DNA of 64,000 nucleotides from Azolla caroliniana (GCA_043228905.1 JBHGNT010000018.1:11594001-11658000); one strand, 5' to 3'; positions 1 through 12,231 are shown, numbered from the stretch's first letter. Notes: generated from the letters alone by a model not told the origin. Numbers and translations: made by a program.

Positions 1-351
1 GGATGAGCCCGAAATCGAGACCCGCGAAGAGAGTCCTATTTCACTCCGTTTAAGTGGACCAATTGGACGACTGAGTCGGTACGACTAGTCCGATGAAGAG
101 CCGGCGAGTAGTGGAAACTCGGTCGTGCATTCCCCGCGCAGGAAGCCGAGGAGACGGCTTACGCGCAAAGAGAAAGGGAAGAAGAAGGTATCGGATTCCG
201 GCACGGATAAGAACGAGTCAGAACGACGCGAGTCCGACTCCGAGGGAACCGGTGACGGGCCTTTAAAGGTGGAGACCGCGTCGACCAAGAAGGCCTCGAC
301 ATCGGCTAATGTGAGATTACGCCGATCTACCCGCCAGAAGAATCTTATTTT

Positions 352-1668
352 GTGGTTCGGATACAACTAGTACATGGCGCACCAAGAGGGGTAAAACTGA
401 TCGGGTGTAGGTGGGTGTACAAGGTCAAGTACAACACCGATGGCTCGGTCAACCGGTACAAGGCTCGGCTAGTGGCAAAGGGCTACGCGCAGAAACACGG
501 CATCGACTACAATGAGACGTTTGCGCCGGTCACGAAAATGACGACCGTCCGTGGTTTGCTCGCAGTAGCTGCGGTGAAGGGGTGGCACTTACATCAGATG
601 GATGTAAAGAATGCATTCCTGCAAGGTGACCTTGAGGAACAGGTGTACATGGTACAGCCCCCCGGATTTCACTCTGGATTGAACTCCTTGGTAGTATGCC
701 GACTGAAGAAGTCCCTTTACGGACTGAAGCAAGCCCTGCATGTCTGGAACGCGAAGATCACGCAACAATTGCGTCGGATGGGCTTCGTCACGTCAAAATC
801 GCACTCTTCCCTGTTCATCTGGAAAGGTCGACTCGGACCGGTTAGTATTTTACTATATGTTGATGACTTGGTCATCACCGGCGCCGACCTACGTGAAATC
901 GACCGCGTGAAGCTCCAGCTTGCGGCATCATTCGACATGAAGGATCTGTGAGACCTTCATTACTTCCTCGGGATCGAAGTGATCCATACCCCCGAAGGCA
1001 TATTGATCAGCCAACGTCACTACGTGCTGAGTATGCTCTTCAAATTCGGGATGGCCGATTGTAAGTCAGTCTCGACTCCTCTGGACAGAACCGTCAAGCT
1101 TCGTCCCGATACGGGAACGGTATGCGACCCGACGAGGTTCCGAAAAATTGTCGGAAGCCTCATATACTTGACCATCACCGGACCCGACCTCAGTTATCCA
1201 GTCGGAGTGATCAGTCAGTTCATGGCTCGACCTACCGAGGAACACCTTCAATGTGCGCAACGCATACTTCGGTATGTCAACGGCACTAAGGACCGGGGAC
1301 TGCTATATCAGACCGGTGCAGCCGCGCAGTTAGTCGGCAACACCGATGCTGACTGGGCTGGCAACGCCGCCGATCGCCGATCCACGTCCGGATACGCGTT
1401 CTCCCTCGGGAGTGCCGCGATCGCGTGGAGCAGTAAGAAGCATCCGACAGTTGCACTGTCGAGCACCGAAGCTGAGTACCGAGGAGCGGCTGTCGCGACA
1501 TGCGAAGCCATATGGTTGAAGCGGCTACTTAAGGACCTGCAAGAAGAGGTGTCAGATCCGACGACGATCTACTGCAACAACCTCAGCAACATCCAGCTCG
1601 TGAAAAACCCCGTTTTCCACACACGGACCAAGCACATTGAGGTGCACTACCATTTCGTCCGTGAGCGT
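352..1668 (+). pseudogene. pol: Copia pol RT/RNase H, 5' piece; stop at 949-951 and apparent deletion near 380
   Basis: ORFs 352-951 and 979-1722 are in the same frame. FGYN*YMAH jumps directly to PRGVK, so the usual EP...EA...W segment is missing. Confidence 0.9.
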
Positions 1669-1732
1669 TGTCGTGAAGAATGTGCTTCACGATATAAAAA
1701 TGAGCTTAAATGTTGTATTTAATAATATTTGA

Positions 1733-1787
1733 GAGACTTGAACCCACATCCTTATATACGATGTACAATGTACATACCACTAGGCTA
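1733..1787 (-). promoter_or_regulatory. tRNA-type Pol III A-box/B-box module 1 in LTR
   Basis: Minus strand reads TAGCCTAGTGG ... GTGGGTTCAAGTCTC. Confidence 0.6.
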
Positions 1788-1868
1788 GGCTATTTATTTG
1801 TAAAAGTGTGTAATAAATGTGCTTTATGATATAAGAATGAAGCTATATATTGTATTAAGTAAAATTGA

Positions 1869-1930
1869 GGGACTTGAACCCTCAACCTTGTATACCAAGC
1901 ACCAAGCACCAAGCATACACCACTAAGCTA
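1869..1930 (-). promoter_or_regulatory. tRNA-type Pol III A-box/B-box module 2 in LTR
   Basis: Minus strand reads TAGCTTAGTGG ... GAGGGTTCAAGTCCC. Confidence 0.6.
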
Positions 1931-2185
1931 GGTTCGTTATTTTAGAATGCATTTTCATCATTATACTTATCCCATATCTATTTTCATACATAGCCATCAT
2001 TCATCACATGCAATGCATGTGCGCCAAATGGCGATCATGCATTACATGTAACTCATGCATTGCATGCATGCCATGCTCCCATACATTACCATATGCATGG
2101 CAACACTTATATAAAGAGGGGAAAGGGGAAACAAGGTAAGGAATCAAGAGAGAGTGAGAAAATAATATAATCAATTAAAGAAGAC

Positions 2186-2240
2186 TAGCTCATTGGGTGG
2201 AGAACCTCTCGTTTCGAAGTTGAGGTCGTGGGTTCAAATC
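2186..2240 (+). promoter_or_regulatory. tRNA-type Pol III A-box/B-box module 3 in LTR
   Basis: TAGCTCATTGG ... GAGGTCGTGGGTTCAAATC. Confidence 0.6.
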
Positions 2241-2610
2241 AAGGGTCGATAGAGAATGTGTTCAGTTTGCGATCGAGGATTGTAAAGTTGGTAAAATATT
2301 ATATTTTTAATATACATCATGTTTATATCATATACTCTTGTTCCTTGAATCATACTTTGTCTCAATCTTCTTTCTAGAATCATACTTTGTCTCAATCTTC
2401 TTTCTTGAAGCATACATTGTCTCTATCTTTTATCTATGCTCATCTCTCTCTCTCGCACACACACACACATTACTCGTAACTCTTCTTCTTACTATCCTTA
2501 ACCACTCTATCATCACCATACAAGCCTTATTAAAAGTTAAGTTTCTTCAACTCCCCTTAACCTTAGTCCCCGCGACTTCGCCGCACGAACCACAACTACC
2601 CCGAGACATT

Positions 2611-2628
2611 TGGTGAACCCGACGTGAA
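2611..2628 (+). other. Primer-binding site, tRNA-Trp
   Basis: TGGTGAACCCGACGTGAA is complementary to the 3' end of plant tRNA-Trp (...TTCACGTCGGGTTCACCA, recalled). Confidence 0.85.
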
Positions 2629-2645
2629 GGCGGCGACGAGGAGAA

Positions 2646-4761
2646 ATGGAGGAGCAAATGAGGCTTATGTGTATGATGGTGGAACGAATGATGCGGGAAC
2701 AAGGAATGATGGCAAGCATCGACAAAGCCATCGACAATATTCTCGCACGTGTAGGAATCTTCGAAGGTATAAATTTAACAAGATTTTTGAAGATTTATAA
2801 TGAAGAAATGCTTAAACGCGGTGTCGACGAAGCTACAAAAATTAATAGCTTTAGTCGAGTCGCTACGATTGGGCTACAAGAGAGGATCCAAGAGCTCCAA
2901 AGGGAGAATCAGACATGTACAATGTTCGAAAGAGCATTACTCAATGCATACAACCTCAACGATATGTCAAGGATGACAAGGCGAGCTTTCATGGATTGGG
3001 TAGAGTCTAATAAACATTTTAGTGTTTTGGAAGTATTAAAAGAGTTTTCTGTAAGATTTGAGCTACTAAATGTTAGAGATAGAAATATAATAGTGCTAGA
3101 TAAAGTAATATTGTTTCTACAAGCTACTAATATTAAAGACAAGAAGGACTTGGGAATGCTTTTAGAATATCAGAATAGTCCAAGTGGACTTACCGAAGAT
3201 TGGGAGGAGGTGAAAAGGGCGTGCGCCCATTTCTACAAAAGAAAGTTATGGTTTATGGAGTTGCCTGACAGAAATGATGAAGAAACGGGGAACGAGTCGG
3301 GAGAAAAGAAAGTAGAAGAATCACTCTTACACGAATTAGTGAAAGGCATGAAAGACTTGTCGATCAAAGTGACGAAGCTAGAATCGGGACAAAGCTCGAC
3401 CTCATCAAGGCAGGGAGGTGGAATGGTCCGAAGGTGTATGTGGTGTGATAGTATCGACCACCAGAAGAAAGATTGTTAAGAGCATAGGGATGCTCTTAAT
3501 CATAATAAAATCTACTATCAAGATGGCAAGATTCACTCAACTGAGACTCGACAACCACTTCAACTCAACTTCGGGCGAGGAGGAATGAAAAAGCTAATGG
3601 AAGATGCCGAGAGAGAAACGACTCAAGCGATACAATCCATGGCAACCTTAGGATTGCGCGTAGAAGACTCATATGGTGGATCTGGCTTTTGGCAAGATGT
3701 GATGGATTATGCAAGAAAAGGGAAGGTTCGAGTGGATGAATTAAAAAGAGCGGGAGATGAAATACGAAACTTCACTGGATGGAATGATCCAGTAGACGCG
3801 CTATCAGCATTCGCCCAAGTGAATGCACAAGATGTGCTAGTGGAAGAGAAGCGGAAGAGAGCTGAGGAAGCTGATCCGACAAAGAGACATGAGACACGAG
3901 AACAGAAGAGAAGGGACATGGAAAAGGGTGCTATTGAGCCGAAGGAAGCTGATAAAGTAAAAGGAAAGACAGGCCCATCTTTCAAGCTTGCCTCAGACCT
4001 AGAAACTATGACAGATATAAAAAAGGTACTAGAAACAAGAATACTAAATAGTAAGGTAGAATTTACTTTACGAGAAGTGTTGGGTATAGCAAAGAAAGAA
4101 TTTCATGAAGTTATCATAGATATTATTAGAAGGAAGAGACAGGTGACGGAGGAAATTACGGGAGGGTGTGCAACAACACTCCAAGATTTGTCTGGTGGCA
4201 CCATCAATGCTGCAAGTGTAAAAAACCAGAATGATGTTGGTGTCCATGAAGGGGATAGGAGTCACTATACAAGGGATCATTGAGCTCGAGCAACAACGGA
4301 GGCACCTACAAAAATTGGGGAGCAGCAAATTCCATGTATTGCTTTGATCGATCATGGATCCGAGATTAACATGATGTCATCGGAATTTTACGCTCGAGGA
4401 CGGTGGCCGATCGACAAGAATCATGGGTGGAAAATAAGAGCTGCCACAGAAACTACGGAGGATCTATTCGGAGCATGTCCTAGTGTGAAGGTAACAATTG
4501 GTGATGTCTTGGTGAATCAAAATTTCTTTGTGCAGGATCGATCAACCTACCCCGTCATCCTTGGCCAGCCCTACATCACCGCAGTGAGGATGGAAACAAA
4601 GGTTATTGATGATGGTTCGGCTTTCGCAAGAATCAAGAGTCAAGATGGAAGAAAGACTGTCCAATTCTTAACCGTGAGGCCCAACCATGAAAAAAAACAA
4701 AGAATGCTTGAGGGAACATCCAATTCAAGAGATGGATGAAGAGTTTTCCCAGGATTTTTAG
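2646..4761 (+). pseudogene. gag: Gypsy I gag-protease ORF1 (two stops, +1 A in the run near 4690)
   Basis: Zinc knuckle CMWCDSIDHQKKDC and protease LIDHGSEIN. After correcting the A-run the frame ends CAG GAT TTT TAG. Confidence 0.88.
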
Positions 4762-4814
4762 ATAGGGCTTTTACAGGTAGGGGCTGTGATAGCCCGAGCA
4801 TAAAAGAAAACCCC
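4752..4814 (+). other. Putative -1 ribosomal frameshift signal (G_GAU_UUU plus pseudoknot)
   Basis: Slippery heptamer just before the stop; stem GGGCTTTTACAG/CTGTGATAGCCC; loop GGGG can pair with CCCC at 4811-4814; pol lies in the -1 frame. Confidence 0.7.
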
Positions 4815-7800
4815 ATAAATAATAATGTAAATAAAGATATTCCTTGTACAATCTCATCTAATGGTGCTACTTTTATACTAAAAGTAAATAATAATAAAAT
4901 ACAAAATGCTTTCGAGTACTTTAAGTGTTCTGGATTAATAGAGGATGATGAAGAATTTTAGGATATGTTTGAAGAATTAAGTTTTGAAGATACAATAACT
5001 CATTTGGAAGCAATTGAAGAAGACAACGAAATCCAAGTTCCTATCCATTCAATCAAGATGTACGAGGTCATTGAAGAAGTTGCTCTAACAAAATACAAGA
5101 CAGTGGAGAAGAAGGTTCGTCCTATTGCTGCTCCACTTCCAGGGGATAGTGAAAAGGCAATCAAAGAAGCAGCCACAGAGCCAATGATCAGAGACCCACA
5201 AAAGGTAGATCATGTGTTTACTCCGGAAACAATACAAGGGATGAAAATAGGAGGGGGTGACTTCCTATTACCCACTGAAGAAAAGCAGTTCAGGGAGATG
5301 TTAAAAAGGCATGGAAAGGCATTCGCATTCCAACTGGAGGAAATAGGGTGTGTGGATCCAGAAATTGTGGAGCCCATGGTTATATTCACTATCCCTCATA
5401 TTCCATGGAACTTTAAGCCAATACCCATGCCTAGGGCTAGAATCCCTCAACTATTAGAACTTTTGAAAGAAAAGATAAGGATGGGTATCTTGGAACCATC
5501 GAATGCTCCTTACTCGAGTTGATGGTTCACTGTGTTAAAGAAAGATGGGCGACTCCGATTTATCCAAGATATGTAACCCGTGAATAAGGTAACAATCCGA
5601 AACTCGGGAGTAGGGTCAATTGTGGATGAGTTTGCTGAGATGTTTGCAGGAAGAGCTATATATTCAATGGGAGACCTTTATTCCGGGTATGATCAATTTC
5701 AACTTGCTATCAAAAGTCGAGATATAACTTCTATCAAGACACCTATAGGGTTAGTACGGATGTGCACCTTGCCGCAAGGAGCGACCAACTCAGTGGCGCA
5801 TATGATGAATGGAATGAACAAGGTACTTCGTGATTTTATTCCTCATATTACAATGCCTTTTCTAGATGATGTTCCAATTAAGGGATGCAAGGAGGAAGAG
5901 AAGATCGAGGAATTGGACGAAAGTGGTTGCCGTCAATTTGTTGCTGATCATATCAAGGATTGTGAGAAGGTGTTATCAAGGATGGAAGAGGTGCATTTGA
6001 CCTTATCAGGTGTGAAGTCAATATTTGGGGCAAAAGAGATATTAATAGTTGGTCATATGTGTGGCCCATACGGAAGAAAGCCATCCCCAACTAAGTCAAT
6101 GCAATTCAAAATATGCAAGAGGAATGTACATCCGTCTCAGAAGTACGAAGGTTTCTGGGGGTATGTGTTTTTTACTGTAAATGGATTCCGCATTATGCCC
6201 ATTTATCTGAACCTTTATATAGACTCCTAAGAAAAGGAGAGATATTTGAATGGAGTGAAGAGCATTCAGAGGCAATGAAGAAATTGAAGTACTACTTAGC
6301 ACAAGCTCCACCATTAAAGCAACCTGACTACACCCGACCCATATATCTCACAGTAGACTCTAGTCCCATTGGAATTGGATGGGTGATAAGCCAACAAGAT
6401 GGGGAAGAAAGGTATCCAGTTCGATTCGGAGCAAAGGTTCTTAGTGGTCGACAAAGAAAATATGCACAGGTGAAAAGAGTGCTATGGGGGATAGTAACAG
6501 TAGTAAAGACAGACAGAGATTACTTAATTGGTGCTTAAGTAATAATAGAAACATATTGTTTGCCTATTCTTGGTATCATAGCTAATTGTGATATTCCAGA
6601 TCAAGCCATGTTAAGATGGTGTATCTATATTAGATCAGTCAACCCTGAAGTTCGACATATCTTTGGGAATAGAAATGTAGTAGCAGATATGTTATCAAGA
6701 GCAAGGTATGAGGAAGAGGAGATTCCAGACTCGGACGATGAGGACAAAGAACAAACAGTCCTTACCACAAGCATTACCCGTGAAGGAGGAATGCAGTTTC
6801 TAGAAGAGGAGTATGAAGAAGAATTCAAGGAAATAGGGAAATACCTACAAACCCCTGACAAGTACAAAGGTCGATCTGGAAAAGAGTTCACACAGTTTCG
6901 TAAGAAAGCCCATAAGTTCTTCCTGCATGAAGGATATCTATGGCGACATCCGAAAACCAAGACTGGAAACCCACAAAGAGTAATAGGTTCCGAAGGGCAA
7001 AGAAAGGAGATAATCAGAGAGCTGCATGACAAAGAATGGGCTGGTCATCGAGGAGTGTGGGCCACTTTCAGTAAGATTAAAGAACGATTTTGGTGGCCTC
7101 GATACTATGAGCAAATAAAAAAGTATGTGGAAACTAGGCCCACTTGTCAATATTATTCAAACGTAAAATTTTGTGATGAATTACACCCAACATACTCACC
7201 AGGGGTGCATTACAAGTGGATGATAGATTTGGTAACAATGCCACTTGGAGTAGGACAAAAGAGATACTTGGTTCTTGCTAGAGAAGATCTAACAAATCAA
7301 GTGGAAGGTCGTTCATTGCGAACAAAAGGGACATTAGGAGTATGTCAATTCATCTTGGAGGACATTGTTTGTAGATATGGATATATCGGGAAGATAGTGG
7401 CAGATAGGGGAGAACTCAATTCTGCGGAAGCTCAAGATTTTTTCGACAAAATAGGAATTCGGCTTTCTTTGACAATGGCGTACAATCCAGAAGCTAATGG
7501 AAAGGTAGAAAGGGGACATGGGCCAATAGTCAAAGCTTTGGCAAAGGCATGTAGAGGACGGGTCAGTGATTGGCCAAAAACCTTACCCTATGCACTATGG
7601 GCTGATAGGACAACTCACAGCACTGTTACTGGATATATGCCTGCAGAATTAATCACAGGACAGAAGCCAATAATGCCAATTGAAGAAAAGATAACTACAT
7701 GGGTTGTGTTGCCTTGGGAATCAGAAATGAGTAGGGAAGATTTACTTGCGGTTCGAATACGACAACTTCAATCAAGGACAGAAGACATAGAAAAAGCAGC

Positions 7801-8191
7801 TACTAGATTGAAAGAGGCAAGAATCAAGAATAAGGACAGATTTGACAAGATGAAAAGAATACGACCAAGAAAGGTGCAAGAGGGAGATTGGGTATTAGTA
7901 TATGATAATAGCCTAGATAATCAATACAGTACTATTTGGAAGTTTGCAAAAAGATGGTTTGGACCTTATGAAGTTAGGAAAATAACAGATAAAGCCACAT
8001 ATTTCCTCAATGAATTAGATGGGACAGAAATTCGTATCCCAATTGCAGGAAAAAGGATTAAAATATTTAAAAGGAGGGAGTCATTAGAGCCTGAATTTTA
8101 TGAAGAAGTAGAAGAACTAAGGGAATCGGAAGAAGTGTTGGATGAACTCTGCACAACCAATGTGCAAGTTCAGAGGGGGTGGGTGTCGTGA
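4758..8191 (+). pseudogene. pol: Gypsy I pol (RT-RNase H-integrase), several stops and one frameshift
   Basis: DLYSGYDQ, LPQGATNS, PFLDD, VDSSPIGIG, GHRG, NPEANGKVERGH, RWFGPY. Confidence 0.92.
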
Positions 8192-9121
8192 AGAATGTGC
8201 TTCACGATATAAAAATGAGCTTAAATGTTGTATTCAATAATATTTGAGAGACTTGAACCCACATCCTTATATACGATGTACAATGTACATACCACTAGAC
8301 TAGGCTATTTATTTGTAAAAGTGTGTAATAAATGTGCTTCATGATATAAGAATGGAGCTATATATTGTATTAAGTAAAATTGAGGGACTTGAACCCTCAA
8401 CCTTGTATACCAAGCACCAAGCACCAAGCATACACCACTAAGCTAGGTTCGTTATTTTAGAATGCATTTTCATCATTATACTTATCCCATATCTATTTTC
8501 ATACATAGCCATCATTCATCACATGCAATGCATGTGCGCCAAATGGCGATCATGCATTACATGTAACTCATGCATTGCATGCATGCCATGCTCCCATACA
8601 TTACCATATGCATGGCAACACTTATATAAAGAGGGGAAAGGGGAAACAAGGTAAGGAATCAAGAGAGAGTGAGAAAATAATATAATCAATTAAAGAAGAT
8701 TAGCTCATTGGGTGGAGAACCTCTCGTTTCGAAGTTGAGGTCGTGGGTTCAAATCAAGGGTCGATAGAGAATGTGTTCAGTTTGTGATCGAGGATTGTAA
8801 AGTTGGTAAAATATTATATTTTTAATAGACATCATGTTTATATCATATACTCTTGTTCCTTGAATCATACTTTGTCTCAATCTTCTTTCTAGAATCATAC
8901 TTTGTCTCAATCTTCTTTCTTGAAGCATACATTGTCTCTATCTTTTATCTATGCTCATCTCTCTCTCTCGCACACACACACACATTACTCGTAACTCTTC
9001 TTCTTACTATCCTTAACCACTCTATCATCACCATACAAGCCTTATTAAAAGTTAAATTTCTTCAACTCCCCTTAACCTTAGTCCCCGCGACTTCGCCGCA
9101 CGAACCACAACTACCCCGACA
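8184..9121 (+). repeat. 3' LTR of Gypsy I (938 bp)
   Basis: Preceded by purine-rich AGAGGGGGTGGG; copy of 1669-2608. Confidence 0.96.
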
Positions 9122-9125
9122 GCGT

Positions 9126-9536
9126 GTCCTTTCCGGTGAAGTCGAACTTCAGTACGTTCCAACGGATCGGCAAACTGCTGAAATCTTCACTAAGCCCCTT
9201 GGTTTGGACAAGTTGTGGCAGTTCTCCGGTGCGCTCGGATTGCGTCACCTCGACATGCCAAACTTGAGGGGGAGAATAGTCCCGAACGACCAAGCAAAGC
9301 AGCAGGAAAGGAGCGGAGGCCGTGACACCAAGTCGGTTGACTCGGCTGTTGACTCAGTTCTCGAGTTCGACTTCGGATCGGCTGAAGAAGCCGAGGGCGG
9401 ACCCGTGGAAAAGTCCAAAAGCGAACAGAAGGGGAGCAGCCGAAGGAGAGAGCCGAAGCCAACCACGCATGGGGAAGATGACGCCACCAAGGGCGAGAAG
9501 ACCGCAACAGCAGAAGAGCTGATAAGGGCCGCATGA
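9126..9536 (+). pseudogene. pol: Copia A RNase H C-terminus plus charged extension
   Basis: VLSGEVELQYVPTDRQTAEIFTKPL...MPNLRG, followed by ~85 further open codons. Confidence 0.85.
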
Positions 9537-9673
9537 GCAGACAAGCCGACCGGAAGGGTCGAAGCGCACAGAGTCGAACAGGTCGAGGAGCGCGAGCGAG
9601 GCGTGAAGCCAGGAGGAACCGGAGCTGTGAGCCCGAGGATCCCGAAGAGCCTCGAGTTGAGCTTGAGGGGGAG

Positions 9674-10076
9674 TGTTGAGAGACAAGCTCAACATCGGCC
9701 GGATTGGCTAAAGAAGCCGAGGACCGGATCGGTTGGGACTGATCGGTTAGGCCGAGTGCGTAAACCGGGAGGCCGTTAGGAAAGATATTCCGTGAGGAAT
9801 ATATTTGAGAGTTAGTGTAGGAGCTCTTAAAGAGCATTGAAGTACGGTCAGTACTTCGGTCAGTCCTTTGAGAACTTGTATAAAAGTGTTCATGGAACAC
9901 ACATATGTATAGTGTAGTGAATTGAGATCTTTTGTTGAATATAGTTCTTGTATTTTCTCTCTCTCACCCTCTCTGTCTCTCCCTCGTATACTGCATAAGC
10001 TCAAGCTCTCCATTAAACCTGAGTTTTCTTCCTTCTGTTCGGTCTTCATACTTGCTTCCGCACATTACTTTTTACA
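9674..10076 (+). repeat. 3' LTR of Copia A
   Basis: Starts TGTTGAG directly after the PPT and ends TTTACA. Similar to the LTR at 41588-42041. Confidence 0.85.
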
Positions 10077-10189
10077 GATTCTATGACACATAGTTAATGT
10101 GTAGATAAGAGTGGTGACTTTTGACCTTTGAGTGCACACTCTCAAGGGTGTGTTCACACACTAGACTAGGTTGAGCTTGATTCTGAACA
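10077..10189 (-). repeat. End of an LTR of the same family as element F; Copia A inserted into it
   Basis: Matches 45105-45235 (GATTCTATGAC...GTTGAGCTTGATTCT(G/C)AACA). Confidence 0.8.
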
Positions 10190-10575
10190 CATTGTTTTCG
10201 GCTTGCCAAAATTCAGTGGCCAAAAGGTCCAAGTCAGTGAAGTCTATTAGTTAGGGAAGCAACATTGACTTCCATTCCCGAACGATTGCAATCAGAGACA
10301 TAACAAGCTCGATTAAATTCATTTAGATGTGTGAGGGCTGGTACAGAATGTGAGTATCTGTGGGAGTAGTTACTTTGTAACCTTCTTCGATGACTACACT
10401 TCGCATACATGGGCATGCCAGATCGAGAAGAAGAGCGAAGTCTTCTCTTCTTTCTTGAAGGTGAAGAGCCTTGTCAAACGGGAGATAGGCGGGAAGATAA
10501 AGTGCCTTAGGACCAACGGCAAAAAAGAGTACTTTTCCGACCAATTCTCAAGCTATCTGTAGAAGGAGGGAATTA
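10190..10575 (+). pseudogene. Degenerate Copia pre-integrase/integrase fragment (oldest layer)
   Basis: YFVTFFDDYTSHTW...KSEVFSSF...IKCLRTNGKKEYFS, with stops. Confidence 0.85.
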
Positions 10576-11010
10576 TGTTATAGGTTTAGGGTTACGGTTA
10601 TTGATAATGATGGCGGTAGAAATAGGGTAGAAATGATGATGATGCAGATGGAAATGATGATGGCATTGAGAATCATTGTGGGGTGGGTGGTGGTGCTTAG
10701 AATGGCTCCACCCCCCTCCCAAGGGGTTCAACGTGAGAGAGGGAGAGAGAAGAGAAAAGGTGTCAAAGAGAGAGAGAGAGAGAGATTAAGAGAGATTGTA
10801 TTCATAAGGGGGTTAAATAGTTACAAAAGGGGTAGATACATAGGGGTGCAAGCCCCCTTGGCTATTCACACTAATCACTCACTCATACCTCTTCTTATCT
10901 ATCCACTCACACTTACATTCACACTCATAATCGTATATATTACACATACATACAACAACATTAAGTTTCTTCACCCTCACTCAACTCTTCGTACATCTCA
11001 TATAGTAACA
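10576..11010 (-). repeat. 3' LTR of element D (435 bp)
   Basis: TGTTATAG...TAGTAACA; direct repeat of 41183-41587. Confidence 0.9.
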
Positions 11011-11015
11011 CATTA

Positions 11016-11041
11016 TGGCACGCTCGTGGGACAGTGCATTG
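11016..11041 (-). other. tRNA-Arg-like 3'-half module at the PPT position of D (continues at 40838-40852)
   Basis: Rejoined minus strand: GTGGGATCAATGTGCAATGCACTGTCCCACGAGCGTGCCA. Confidence 0.75.
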
Positions 11042-12231
11042 TGTTGAGAAACGAATCGTCAATCCACAAGAAGAAATGCGCTAAAATACACAGTTCGGAA
11101 ACACAGAACAAAGTGTACACAGATTTTATGTGGAAACCCTAAAGCGAGAGCTTCACTATAAAGTGGATATACAATGATGATATTAGAGTACAACACTCTC
11201 TACATCGAGTGTATCAGCCGCGTAGGGCTCTTGGCATATGCTATTACAGAACACGACTATAGCGCCGCTCAGTCGACCTCTCTTCTCATTCTCACTCTTC
11301 TCTATCGTTAGCAACCACAAAGGATCCCATTGTTCTATATCTATATAATCTTATTCCCCTAAGTGTAGCCACTACTACACATCACTACTATTATTATCTA
11401 TAATAATAAGTAGCCATCAGTCGAACCAGTCCGACTAGTCAATCACGTCTTCGACCTGGATCTCCTTTCTGTCAAATCTCATAGTCGACTCTCCAACCAT
11501 CGATACTCGGCCCGAACAATTTGCTCCTCTTAGTCTTCGACTAACGGCATTTCTTGGCCCGAACTGTCGGCTCCTCCCACTGGAGGGACATATTCCTAAC
11601 AAACTCCCCCTTCACTCCTGTGAGGAGTGTTGAGAAGCTAGCTCAACATGGTATGTGATGCTTATTGGGAAATAAGCTATAGTAGCTATTCAGCTACTTG
11701 TGAACATAAAGGAGAAACAGCTAATTAACTATTGACAGCTATTTAGCGACTCACAGCTAATTAGCTACAGGCAGCTAATTAGTTGCATATGTAAGTAACT
11801 TATTACTTAGGTAAAAAGTAAGAGAGTAGGTAAGTAAGAAATATACAGGAAGTAGAACTCTGAGAGAGTGAGTGCGGATAGAGAGGAAGAACTCAGAGAG
11901 TGAGAGTAGAAGAGAGAAACAGACGAGAGCAAGTAGAGCTCTGCGTGTAATGAAATAGAAGAAGTTTTGGCTGCTATAGAGGTAAGTGTCCTTCCCCCTT
12001 CCCTTCTGTGTTTGAGCACCAAACGATCCAGCACACCACGATCCGCCGCGCACATAAGAAGAGCTCGAGTGCCTTCTTCACGTTTTCTTAACATGGTATT
12101 AGAGCGAGTTGTTCATAAAGAAGAGTATAGAAGTGCATAGATCTGAGAAAGGTATTTCTCTGTTTGCTGATCTGAATCAGAAAGTTACTTGTTGAAGTAA
12201 TCGTAGCAGAAACCCTAGTTTGGAAGAGATA

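Larger units (their letters stand above)
1669..2608 (+). repeat. 5' LTR of Gypsy I (940 bp), with TATA-like TATATAAA near 2108 and a ~33-bp x3 tandem repeat near 2338-2430
   Basis: TGTCG...GACA; direct repeat of 8184-9121. Confidence 0.96.
1669..9121 (+). mobile_element. Ty3/Gypsy element I, full length, tRNA-Trp primed, 4-bp TSD GCGT
   Basis: Near-identical LTRs 1669-2608 and 8184-9121; PBS 2611-2628; domain order gag-PR-RT-RH-IN; GCGT at 1665-1668 and 9122-9125. Confidence 0.96.
1..10076 (+). mobile_element. Ty1/Copia element A (5' part outside window), interrupted by Gypsy I at 1669-9121
   Basis: Copia RT motifs ([24 protein letters not shown]) and RNase H (ADWAG, KHIEVHYHFVRE|RVLSG rejoined across the insertion). 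PPT TTGAGGGGGAG precedes a TG...CA 3' LTR at 9674-10076. Confidence 0.93.

Noticed and set aside
2186-2240. Bona fide tRNA genes at the A/B-box modules or at 50778-50820
   Set aside because: No complete cloverleaf or paired acceptor stem; only promoter boxes or a 3' half are present.
8853-9121. Hydrophobic ORF fused to the Copia RNase H tail (8853-9536)
   Set aside because: Chance in-frame junction of LTR repeat sequence with the interrupted pol; non-ATG start.
10633-11142. 169-aa ORF as a host gene
   Set aside because: Low-complexity translation of the D LTR running across an insertion junction.
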